A DNA stretch of 64,000 nucleotides from Thermodesulfobacteriota bacterium. GTDB taxonomy: Bacteria > Desulfobacterota > Thermodesulfobacteria > Thermodesulfobacteriales > Thermodesulfobacteriaceae. The first letter of the stretch is position 1, and every line of letters starts with the position of its first letter. A program made the translations under genes and the position numbers. The notes under the pieces were generated by a model, which was not told the DNA's origin, ran no database searches, and saw only the letters and a program-made list of their open reading frames with translations. Location: contig JAUQQL010000002.1 in the NCBI GenBank assembly GCA_030578315.1, positions 8,251 through 72,250 of the forward strand. The letters run 5' to 3'. Positions 9,751-17,340 of the stretch are shown here, one piece after another.

Positions 9751-9766
9751 ACTAAGTTACCTCCCC

Positions 9767-10585
9767 TTATTCTTTTTTGTAAAAAACTATAGCTTTTCCT
9801 ATATGTCTTCTTTCCATATCTGGAAACTCTAAAGGAGCAAGTTCAGTACCTCCCAATATCAAATACCCACCAGATTTAAGACATTTCCATATGTCTTTCC
9901 AAACCTTTTTTTTAGTAGAATTTGCAAAATAAATTAAAACATATCTACACAAAATAATATCAAATTTTTCGTGTACTTTTCGGTCTACTTCAAGCAAGTT
10001 TAAAAAATCAAATTTTACCATTTTTTTTATTCTTTCATCTATTTCCCACACCGAACCTTTTTGCTTAAAATATTTCAATAAAAAATAAACTGGAAGGCCA
10101 CGGTTTACTTCTATCTGATTATAAATTCCCTCTTTAGCTTTTTTTAAACTGCTAAGTGAAATATCGGTAGCCCAGATTTTTATCTCATAACTGCTTAAGT
10201 AATAACTAAAATACTCTAAAAGAAGCATAGCTACACTATAAGGTTCTTGACCAGTAGAAGAAGCCGCAGACCATATAGAAATTTTTTTATCAGTTCTTTT
10301 TTGAAAAAGCTCAGGTAAAATTTTATTCTTAAGAGCTTCAAAAGGGTGAGTATCTCTAAAAAAGTAGGTCTCATTTATGGTTAAAGCATCAATAATACTA
10401 TTCAAAAGCGCAGGAGAAAGTTGATTTTTAACTTTTAAGTAAAGTTCATTTAAATTTTTATATCCAAGGGTTTGACCTAATTCTAAAAGTTTACTTTCTA
10501 CTAAATATTCTTTGCTAGGTCCATAAGCTATACCACTTGCTTTTTCGATCAAAGTAGTAAAAAAATCAAAAATTTCTTTATCCAT
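9767..10585 (-). CDS. cheR: Chemotaxis methyltransferase CheR
   Basis: TINETYFFRD, IWSAASSTGQEPYSVAM, ATDIS, FDIILCRYVLIYF. Confidence 0.96.
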   Translation of the reverse strand: MDKEIFDFFTTLIEKASGIAYGPSKEYLVESKLLELGQTLGYKNLNELYLKVKNQLSPALLNSIIDALTINETYFFRDTHPFEALKNKILPELFQKRTDKKISIWSAASSTGQEPYSVAMLLLEYFSYYLSSYEIKIWATDISLSSLKKAKEGIYNQIEVNRGLPVYFLLKYFKQKGSVWEIDERIKKMVKFDFLNLLEVDRKVHEKFDIILCRYVLIYFANSTKKKVWKDIWKCLKSGGYLILGGTELAPLEFPDMERRHIGKAIVFYKKE

Positions 10586-11624
10586 CTCTTTTTTCCTTAA
10601 AAATTTCGATTAATCTTTGAGGAATTTCGGAAATATTAAGCACTTCATCTGCCAACCCAGCCTCTATAATCACCCTAGGCATACCAAAAACCACTGAACT
10701 TTGTGCATCTTGTGCTAAAATCACTCCTCCTTTTTCTTTAATTTTTTTAGCTCCCTCTTTCCCATCGTAACCCATTCCCGTTAAAATTAAAGCTAAAACA
10801 TATCCATTATATATCTCTGCTAAGGACTCAAAAAGTTCGTCAACAGCTGGCCTACAGTGGTTTCGTAAAGGTCCCTGATGTAAAAAAATTCTAACTCTAG
10901 TGCCTTCTTTTTTTACTTCCATATGATAGTCTCCTGGAGCTATGTAAACAACTCCATCTTTTACCAATTCACCCTGTTCTGCTTCTTTTACTTCTAAAGG
11001 CGAAATAGAATTTAATCTTTCTGCCAAGTATCTAGTAAAAATAGGAGGCATGTGTTGAACAACAAGTATAGGCACAGGAAAACCTTTAGGAAGCTTCGAA
11101 AAAATCTCCATCAAAGTCTGAGGACCTCCAGTTGAAACTCCAACACCACAAACTTTAAAACTTCCTTTTTTAACTTCTAGAAAAGAATCTCTAGGTTTTA
11201 AAATTGGTTTAATTTCTTTTAAAGGAACAATGCTTTTTATTTTGGGAAGTAAGTCTAACTCTATTTTTTTAATACTTTCTAAAAATGAGCGAGTAGATGG
11301 TTTGGGAACAAAGTCATAAGCTCCTAAAGATAAAGCCTCAATGGTAGCTTTAGCTCCTTCTTGAGTTAAAGAAGAAAACATAATTACTTTAGAACGAGGT
11401 ACTTTTTGCCTTAAAATTTTTAAAGCCGAAAGTCCATCCATTACAGGCATTTCAATGTCTAAAGTTACCACATCAGGTAAAAGTTCTTCAGCCTTCTCTA
11501 TAGCTTCCTTTCCATCCTTAGCCATTCCTACAACTTCTATTTCAGGGTCCTTAGCTAAAATTTCACTAATTACTTTTCTAATCACAGATGAATCGTCAAC
11601 TACTAAAACCTTTATTTTTTTCAC
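10578..11624 (-). CDS. cheB: Chemotaxis methylesterase CheB (REC + methylesterase)
   Basis: VLVVDDS...LDIEMPVMDG receiver; catalytic GVSTGG, VQHM, LTGMGYDG. Confidence 0.97.
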   Translation of the reverse strand: MKKIKVLVVDDSSVIRKVISEILAKDPEIEVVGMAKDGKEAIEKAEELLPDVVTLDIEMPVMDGLSALKILRQKVPRSKVIMFSSLTQEGAKATIEALSLGAYDFVPKPSTRSFLESIKKIELDLLPKIKSIVPLKEIKPILKPRDSFLEVKKGSFKVCGVGVSTGGPQTLMEIFSKLPKGFPVPILVVQHMPPIFTRYLAERLNSISPLEVKEAEQGELVKDGVVYIAPGDYHMEVKKEGTRVRIFLHQGPLRNHCRPAVDELFESLAEIYNGYVLALILTGMGYDGKEGAKKIKEKGGVILAQDAQSSVVFGMPRVIIEAGLADEVLNISEIPQRLIEIFKEKRDG

Positions 11625-11998
11625 AATTCAAGCCCCTCTAATAGATATTGAATTTTGACTTTTAGCATTTCTTTATCAAAAGGTTTCATAAGATATTCGT
11701 TAGCTCCATTCATAATAGCTTCTAGAATATTTTTCTGCTGATTTTCAGTAGTAACCATCATAATTTTCACTTCATCCCATTTTGGATTCTCTCTTACTTT
11801 TTTCAAAAATTCAAGTCCATTCATAACTGGCATATACCAATCAAGTAAAATTAACTTTATATCTGGATTTTCCTCTAGCACCTTAAGAGCTTCTTCTCCG
11901 TGTTCTGCCTCTAGAACTATGAAATTCATTTCTTCTAAGTACTTTCTTTCTATTTCTCTTATTGCTTTTGAATCGTCTACTACTAAAACTTTTATCAT
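11621..11998 (-). CDS. cheY: CheY-like single-domain response regulator
   Basis: VLVVDDS, LLDWYMPVMNG, MVTTE, YLMKPF; overlaps cheB start. Confidence 0.9.
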   Translation of the reverse strand: MIKVLVVDDSKAIREIERKYLEEMNFIVLEAEHGEEALKVLEENPDIKLILLDWYMPVMNGLEFLKKVRENPKWDEVKIMMVTTENQQKNILEAIMNGANEYLMKPFDKEMLKVKIQYLLEGLEL

Positions 11999-11999
11999 T

Positions 12000-12557
12000 T
12001 TACCAGTCCCTTGGTTTAGCTAAAATTTCTCTAATTTTTAAATTAAAAAACATGTTAGAAGGGACAGCCTTAAGAATAACTACCGTGTCTGCTCCTCTTG
12101 CTGTCCCTGCTATGGCTATCACATCCTCTGGAGGAATAAGACCAGCATCACAAGCCATGAGAGTAATCTCCACACATACCTTTATTCCCTGCCCAAATAA
12201 TCTCAAAACTGAAGCTATGAGAATTTCTTCTGAATAACCAAATTGAGATCTTATTGCAGTTCCTATATTTCTAAAAACTAAACTTCCTGTATAAACCTTC
12301 ACTCCTGAAGCCTCAAGTTCTTTTCTTACCTCTGGTGTCATTTCTATATATCCAGGCTCCTTAAATCCATAGTTGTGAGTAACCACTACTAAATTAACTT
12401 CTAAACCTCTAAATACTTTCACAGCTTTTAAAGCAGTGTCTCCATAAGTTGAAGCTATTACTACATGTTTTATTCCCCTTTCCAAAACAGCTTCTTTAGC
12501 AATTTCTAAACATCTTTCTGTATTTTCTGGCCCAGGTTTTAAAAAGTAAACTCCCAT
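12000..12557 (-). CDS. MTH1675-like protein (pyruvate kinase alpha/beta-domain family, COG1751-type)
   Basis: YF.KPGPENT, VVIASTYGDTA, VVVTH..GF, LRLFGQGIKVCVEI..MA.DAGL, AIAGT..GADT, IREILAKPR motifs recognised from this family. Confidence 0.85.
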   Translation of the reverse strand: MGVYFLKPGPENTERCLEIAKEAVLERGIKHVVIASTYGDTALKAVKVFRGLEVNLVVVTHNYGFKEPGYIEMTPEVRKELEASGVKVYTGSLVFRNIGTAIRSQFGYSEEILIASVLRLFGQGIKVCVEITLMACDAGLIPPEDVIAIAGTARGADTVVILKAVPSNMFFNLKIREILAKPRDW

Positions 12558-12560
12558 CTT

Positions 12561-13370
12561 CTATCCCTCCTTTTCTAATAAGTAACCAGGACTAAGTTTT
12601 TTTTCCTTCAAAGTTATTTGAGCTAAAATATTATTTGTAAAAAGCATCTGCTGAAGCTCTTTAAATTCCCTTTTGGCATGTTCTAAAGTTTGAAAATTAG
12701 AAAAATAAAGCTCAATATAAACTTTATTTCCTAAATAACTAAAAATCCCTTCTACCAAACCCATATACTCTAAAAATAGTTTAAAAGAAAAAATTTTAAC
12801 TTTATCCTTAACCTTTTCAGGTATTTCCAGTTCTAAATATCCCCAAGATTTTTCATCTGAAAAAAGAAAAGGCAAAATAATTTTGTCTTCTTGATAAAGA
12901 ATCTTTAAGGTTTTAATATCTTTGCTTAAAAGTAACTCTTTTTCCTCTCTTTCTATTTCTCTGTTTTCCTTTTTTGTAGTATAACCAATTAACTCCCTTA
13001 AAAAAGAAACAACTAGATTTGTTTCTTTAACTTCTGCCTCAGATACTGGAACTTTGGTTTTATATGGAATTACTAAATATAAAAAATTAAATTCTGAAGA
13101 AACTTTGGAAGTGCGAGGGGAAATTAATTGCAAAATTATTGGACCTTCGTTTTTAATCACTCTAACTCTTATACTTTCTCCAACTTTGAAGTCTTCAGGA
13201 TTTAAAGTTCCCCCTATACGAGCTTGAAATTTGTCTCCCCCTAATTCAAGACTTAGTGTTTTTCCTTCTATACCTATTATCCTTACTAACAACTCCCTAC
13301 CAGGTCTACTAAAAAAAGACCACAAATTTTCTGGAAGATAAATAATGGGTGCTGGAGCTGTAATTTGCAT
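12561..13370 (-). CDS. Putative short FliK-like protein (N-terminal beta domain + FliK C-terminal-like domain)
   Basis: C-terminal LFLEYMGLVEGIFSYLGNKVYIELYF...EFKELQQML resembles the FliK/T3S4 domain; lies inside the flagellar operon. Confidence 0.5.
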   Translation of the reverse strand: MQITAPAPIIYLPENLWSFFSRPGRELLVRIIGIEGKTLSLELGGDKFQARIGGTLNPEDFKVGESIRVRVIKNEGPIILQLISPRTSKVSSEFNFLYLVIPYKTKVPVSEAEVKETNLVVSFLRELIGYTTKKENREIEREEKELLLSKDIKTLKILYQEDKIILPFLFSDEKSWGYLELEIPEKVKDKVKIFSFKLFLEYMGLVEGIFSYLGNKVYIELYFSNFQTLEHAKREFKELQQMLFTNNILAQITLKEKKLSPGYLLEKEG

Positions 13371-13386
13371 CTTTTACCTTTCTTTC

Positions 13387-13719
13387 CTATTTTTTAGAAG
13401 CTAAAATAAGCTCTACTTCTGCTTCAGTTATTTTTAATCTCCGAGCAATGTCTCTAGAAGTATAACCTTGGTTAGCTAAAAGCAACACCTTTTCTCTGAC
13501 CTCAGTTTTTAGCTGTGTTTCGTAAGTTTTTTTTTCTTTCTCAATTTCTCTTAATTTTTTTACCAATTCTTGAGCTCTTTCTATACTTTCTTTAATCTCT
13601 TCCCATGGAAGTTCATAAATTTTTTTAAATTTAAAGTAAAAAACTATTAAAGTTATTATAATAATTATATCTAAAATCAAAAAAATTATTAAAAAATTCC
13701 AAATTAAAACCTCACTCAT
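13387..13719 (-). CDS. Membrane-anchored DUF2802/SwrB-like flagellar accessory protein
   Basis: N-terminal TM helix, coiled coil, C-terminal HTH-like GYTSRDIARRLKITEAEVELIL; downstream of fliA/cheY. Confidence 0.6.
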   Translation of the reverse strand: MSEVLIWNFLIIFLILDIIIIITLIVFYFKFKKIYELPWEEIKESIERAQELVKKLREIEKEKKTYETQLKTEVREKVLLLANQGYTSRDIARRLKITEAEVELILASKK

Positions 13720-13720
13720 T

Positions 13721-14365
13721 TTAAGCCTTTAAAAGAACTCCATCTAACTCCACGGCTTGTGGTAATGGAGTTATTCCTTTTTTTCTCATCTCGTAAATAA
13801 GTCTCTTTTCAAGGTCCTTTACATAAACCTCGTTTTTCCAATTTTTAGTTTCTATCTTTTCTAAAAACTTAAAAATAAAATCTCTATATAAAAGCTCATT
13901 ATCTACAGCACCTTTAAACTCTGAATCTTTTTCAAAATAAAGAGTTACATCTAGTTTTAAAAAATTTTTGTTATCTACCGAAATCAAAAAGTTTTTAAGT
14001 TCAAGTTTATATGGATAGTTGATTTGTGAAGTAGAAAACTTTACTTTTTCTTTAAAATAAGACACAGCCTGATTAGTTGTTTGATTTTCTACATTAGCTT
14101 TTGATTCTAAGGTCTCTGTTTTTTCCTTAAAGGTTGAATTTTCTAAAGGTATAGTTTTTCCTGTAAAAAACTTATAATAAAAAAAAACTAGTCCTAACAA
14201 AATAAAAATTAGACAGGCTACTATTCCTGATAAAACTATAAAATTAGGAAAAATAAAACGAATAGTAGATTCTCTTTGAAAATTAACTTCTTCGGAGGTT
14301 TCTTTTTCTTCCTTTTTAAAGTCCTTTTCTAGCTCTTCAATTTCTTTTTTTATTTTTTCATCCAA
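13721..14365 (-). CDS. Second, divergent FliL-family protein
   Basis: Charged N-terminus, single TM, then LKNFLISV...FLKLDVTL...YRDFI...LEKRL, matching the FliL pattern (F.vNL..ylk..i.l...iRD.i). Confidence 0.65.
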   Translation of the reverse strand: MDEKIKKEIEELEKDFKKEEKETSEEVNFQRESTIRFIFPNFIVLSGIVACLIFILLGLVFFYYKFFTGKTIPLENSTFKEKTETLESKANVENQTTNQAVSYFKEKVKFSTSQINYPYKLELKNFLISVDNKNFLKLDVTLYFEKDSEFKGAVDNELLYRDFIFKFLEKIETKNWKNEVYVKDLEKRLIYEMRKKGITPLPQAVELDGVLLKA

Positions 14366-14367
14366 AA

Positions 14368-14751
14368 TTAACCTCCAAAAATCTTTTCTAATTTTTCTTT
14401 TAAAACCTCTGGAGTAAAAGGTTTCACTACATACTGGTTTACTCCATGTTTAATAGCTTCTAAAACATTCTCTTTTTGAGCTTCAGCAGTAATCATAATA
14501 AAAGGTATGTCTTTTAATTTTTCGTCAGCTCTTACAGCTTTAAGAAGTTCTAATCCGCTCATTTTAGGCATATTCCAGTCTGCTAAAATAAGACCCACTT
14601 TTTCTTTAGATAAAATCTCTAAAGCTGTAGTACCATCATCGGCTTCTAAGATATTTTTAAATCCCAACTGAACAAGAATATTTCGGATAATCTTTCTCAT
14701 GGTAGAAAAATCGTCTACTATTAAAACTTTAATACTCGTATCTAAAGCCAT
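14368..14751 (-). CDS. cheY: Chemotaxis response regulator CheY (motor-binding type)
   Basis: VLIVDDFSTMRKIIRNIL, ADWNMPKMSGLELL, MITAEA, YVVKPFT; follows fliA. Confidence 0.96.
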   Translation of the reverse strand: MALDTSIKVLIVDDFSTMRKIIRNILVQLGFKNILEADDGTTALEILSKEKVGLILADWNMPKMSGLELLKAVRADEKLKDIPFIMITAEAQKENVLEAIKHGVNQYVVKPFTPEVLKEKLEKIFGG

Positions 14752-14766
14752 TGTTCTCCCCCTTTC

Positions 14767-15492
14767 TTATTTACTCAACAAACTTCTTAATTTCAAAAGA
14801 GCTTGATTGTGAATTTGAGAAATTCTACTTTCAGTATAACCTAAAATTTGAGCAATTTCTTTCATAGTTAAGTCTTCATAATAGTAAAGAGCTAACACAA
14901 GTCTTTCCTTTTCAGAAAGATAGGTCAAAGCTTTTTCTAGTTGCTCTTTAAGTTCTTTAAGCGCATACAATTCATATGTACTATCCTTTTCACTGCTATC
15001 CAAAAAGTTTAATATATCTTCTTCTTTTAAATTAAGAATTTTTTGCCTAACACTTTCTAAATCAATTAAACTAATTCCTCTTATGCTTTCAAGCATTTTG
15101 TAATACTCATCTAAACTTAAATTCATTTCCTGAGCAATTTCTTCGTCTTCAGGCATTCTTCCTAGTTGAGAATAAAGTTCCTTAATTTTTTCCTCTAGCC
15201 GAGTAGCTTTTTCTTTAATACTTCTTGATATTATACTCATCTTTCTTATTTCATCAAGGATAGCTCCTTTGATTCTGTATTCCGCATAAGTTTTGAACTT
15301 TACTTTTTTAGAGGGGTCGTATCTTTTGTAAGCCTCAATAAGACCTATTATTCCTGCTGAAATTAAGTCTTCCTTACTTAAAACAGGATTATAAGGATTA
15401 AAATATTTGGAAGCCCAATAGTTTATAAGGGGTAAAAACTCTTCTATTAATTTTTCTAAAGGAGGGGTGTCTTTTAAAAATTTTTCTGTCAT
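14767..15492 (-). CDS. fliA: Flagellar sigma factor FliA (sigma28)
   Basis: EDLISAGIIGLIEA..RYDP...FKTYAEYRIKGAILDEIR; region 4 LYYYEDLTMKEIAQILGYTESRISQIH. ATG at 15492 preferred over the track start at 15534. Confidence 0.96.
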   Translation of the reverse strand: MTEKFLKDTPPLEKLIEEFLPLINYWASKYFNPYNPVLSKEDLISAGIIGLIEAYKRYDPSKKVKFKTYAEYRIKGAILDEIRKMSIISRSIKEKATRLEEKIKELYSQLGRMPEDEEIAQEMNLSLDEYYKMLESIRGISLIDLESVRQKILNLKEEDILNFLDSSEKDSTYELYALKELKEQLEKALTYLSEKERLVLALYYYEDLTMKEIAQILGYTESRISQIHNQALLKLRSLLSK

Positions 15493-15526
15493 ACTGCACA
15501 AATAAATATAACTGCTTAAATTAAAC

Positions 15527-16318
15527 TTACACACTCATCCATTTTTCTAAAAATACTTCTAGTTGATTATCACCCTTAGGAGAAACCTTCCTCAATTTTA
15601 AAGCCACTTCTCTCAATTTTTGACTTACAGAAGCTAAAGGACAGAGTTTTAAAAAAGGTATTTGTAGTTTTATCGCTTTCCCAACACACTCATCAAAAGG
15701 TAAAGCTCCTAAGTAAGAAAGCTTAACTTCAGGTACGAACTTTCCTAAAACATAAAGTAACTGTTGATAAATCTTTTTTCCTTCTTTATCTTCTTTAACC
15801 ATATTAACAAGAAGATAAAAGTCTCTAATTTTATACTTTTTAAAAGCTACTTTAATTAAAGCATAAGCATCAGCTAGGGAAGTTGGTTCAGGAGTTACAA
15901 TTACTATCCGTTCTTCTGCTAGAAAATTAAAAAACAAAACATTTTCCGAAATACCAGCTGATATATCAAAAATTACAAAGTCTTGTTTTTTTAAAACTTC
16001 CTCTAGTTGAGCTTTTAACAAAAGTTTCTGAGAAAGATTTAACTGAGTTAACTCTAAGCTACCTGAACTTGCCGGTATAATTTCAAAGTTATATTCTGTT
16101 TTATATAAAATTTCTTTTAAGCTTTTTTCACCCTTTAAAACATATCTTATGTCTAAAGGCGGAGAAATTCCAAGCATTACATCTACATTTGCTAATCCAA
16201 GGTCGGCATCAAAAACAACAACTTTTTCTCCTTCTTCTGAAAGAGCTAAAGCTAAATTAACCACTAGACTCGTTTTCCCAACTCCACCTTTTCCACTTGA
16301 TACCGCCAATACTCTCAT
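15527..16318 (-). CDS. flhG: MinD-like ATPase FlhG/FleN
   Basis: Deviant Walker A SGKGGVGKTS, DADLGLANVD, TPEPTSLADAYALIK; between flhF and fliA. ATG at 16318 has SD GAGGAGG. Confidence 0.93.
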   Translation of the reverse strand: MRVLAVSSGKGGVGKTSLVVNLALALSEEGEKVVVFDADLGLANVDVMLGISPPLDIRYVLKGEKSLKEILYKTEYNFEIIPASSGSLELTQLNLSQKLLLKAQLEEVLKKQDFVIFDISAGISENVLFFNFLAEERIVIVTPEPTSLADAYALIKVAFKKYKIRDFYLLVNMVKEDKEGKKIYQQLLYVLGKFVPEVKLSYLGALPFDECVGKAIKLQIPFLKLCPLASVSQKLREVALKLRKVSPKGDNQLEVFLEKWMSV

Positions 16319-16331
16319 CCTTTCCTCCTCT

Positions 16332-17336
16332 TTAGATTTCTTCAAGGCCTCTTAAAAAAAATTTTAAAAGAAAAGCATCATCAGCTCTAATAAGGTCCTC
16401 AGGAAGTCTATCTCCTGTAGATATAAAGTTTATAGGAGGAATATGTACATCTAAAAGCCACAAAATCGGATAACTTTCTATAATCTTATCAGTAAAAGTA
16501 AGTAAAATCCCCTCTACAGGAAGCTTTTTAATCTTCTCCCAGAGCTTTAATCCCCAAAGATAATGCTCTGTAGCTTTAACCACCCATTGAAATCTTAAAA
16601 AAGGCATTTTATAATAAAGTGCTTCCAGTTCTTCTATTAAAATTCTTCTACCTAGAGCAGGTATATCAACCAAAATATAATCATAATCTATGCCTGACTT
16701 CAAAATTTGGGGAAGTTCTTCTATGTCGCCAATTTTAAAATCAAACTCTAAAATTTCAGAAATTTTTTTAACCTGAAAAGTCGCTTCTACTTTATAATTA
16801 TCTAAACTTATAATTAAAACTTTAGCTTTTTTCTGGGTTTTATACCAGGTAGCTACTTTAAATATATTAGAAGTTTTTCCTACTCCTGCCTCTCCAATAT
16901 AAATCTGAATTTTAGAGTGAGGTACTGCCCCTTTTTTTTTGAGTTTTTTTAATATATACTCAGACCAGGTAATTTTTGCCTCTGCAAATTCTTTAGCTAT
17001 AAAAGGTGGAATACCCTTTTCTATCCACTTAAGATATTCATAATAGTTCCCAGTCCTATTAAAGTTTAAAACCGTTTTTAAAAGATTCTTTATTTCTATA
17101 AGCTCTTTTATTAAATCTTCTTTCAGTTTTAAAAAACTTTCTTTTTCTTCTTTTTCGCTTTCCTTTTCTAATATTTCAACTTCTTTTTCTTCTATAGCTG
17201 CAGTAATTTCATAGTAAGTTTCATGATTTTCAAATACTTTTTCAGAGTTTAAAATAACAGCATCTTCTCCAAACTCCTCTTTTACCTTAGTTAAAGCCTC
17301 GGTTATGTTTTTACCCCTAAACTTTTTTATCCTCAT
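16332..17336 (-). CDS. flhF: Flagellar SRP-type GTPase FlhF (degenerate G3/G4 motifs)
   Basis: N-terminal MRIKKFRG..ITEAL.KVKEEFGEDAVILNS, P-loop GEAGVGKTS, terminal STGDRLPEDL; between flhA and flhG. Confidence 0.88.
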   Translation of the reverse strand: MRIKKFRGKNITEALTKVKEEFGEDAVILNSEKVFENHETYYEITAAIEEKEVEILEKESEKEEKESFLKLKEDLIKELIEIKNLLKTVLNFNRTGNYYEYLKWIEKGIPPFIAKEFAEAKITWSEYILKKLKKKGAVPHSKIQIYIGEAGVGKTSNIFKVATWYKTQKKAKVLIISLDNYKVEATFQVKKISEILEFDFKIGDIEELPQILKSGIDYDYILVDIPALGRRILIEELEALYYKMPFLRFQWVVKATEHYLWGLKLWEKIKKLPVEGILLTFTDKIIESYPILWLLDVHIPPINFISTGDRLPEDLIRADDAFLLKFFLRGLEEI

Positions 17337-17340
17337 TAGG

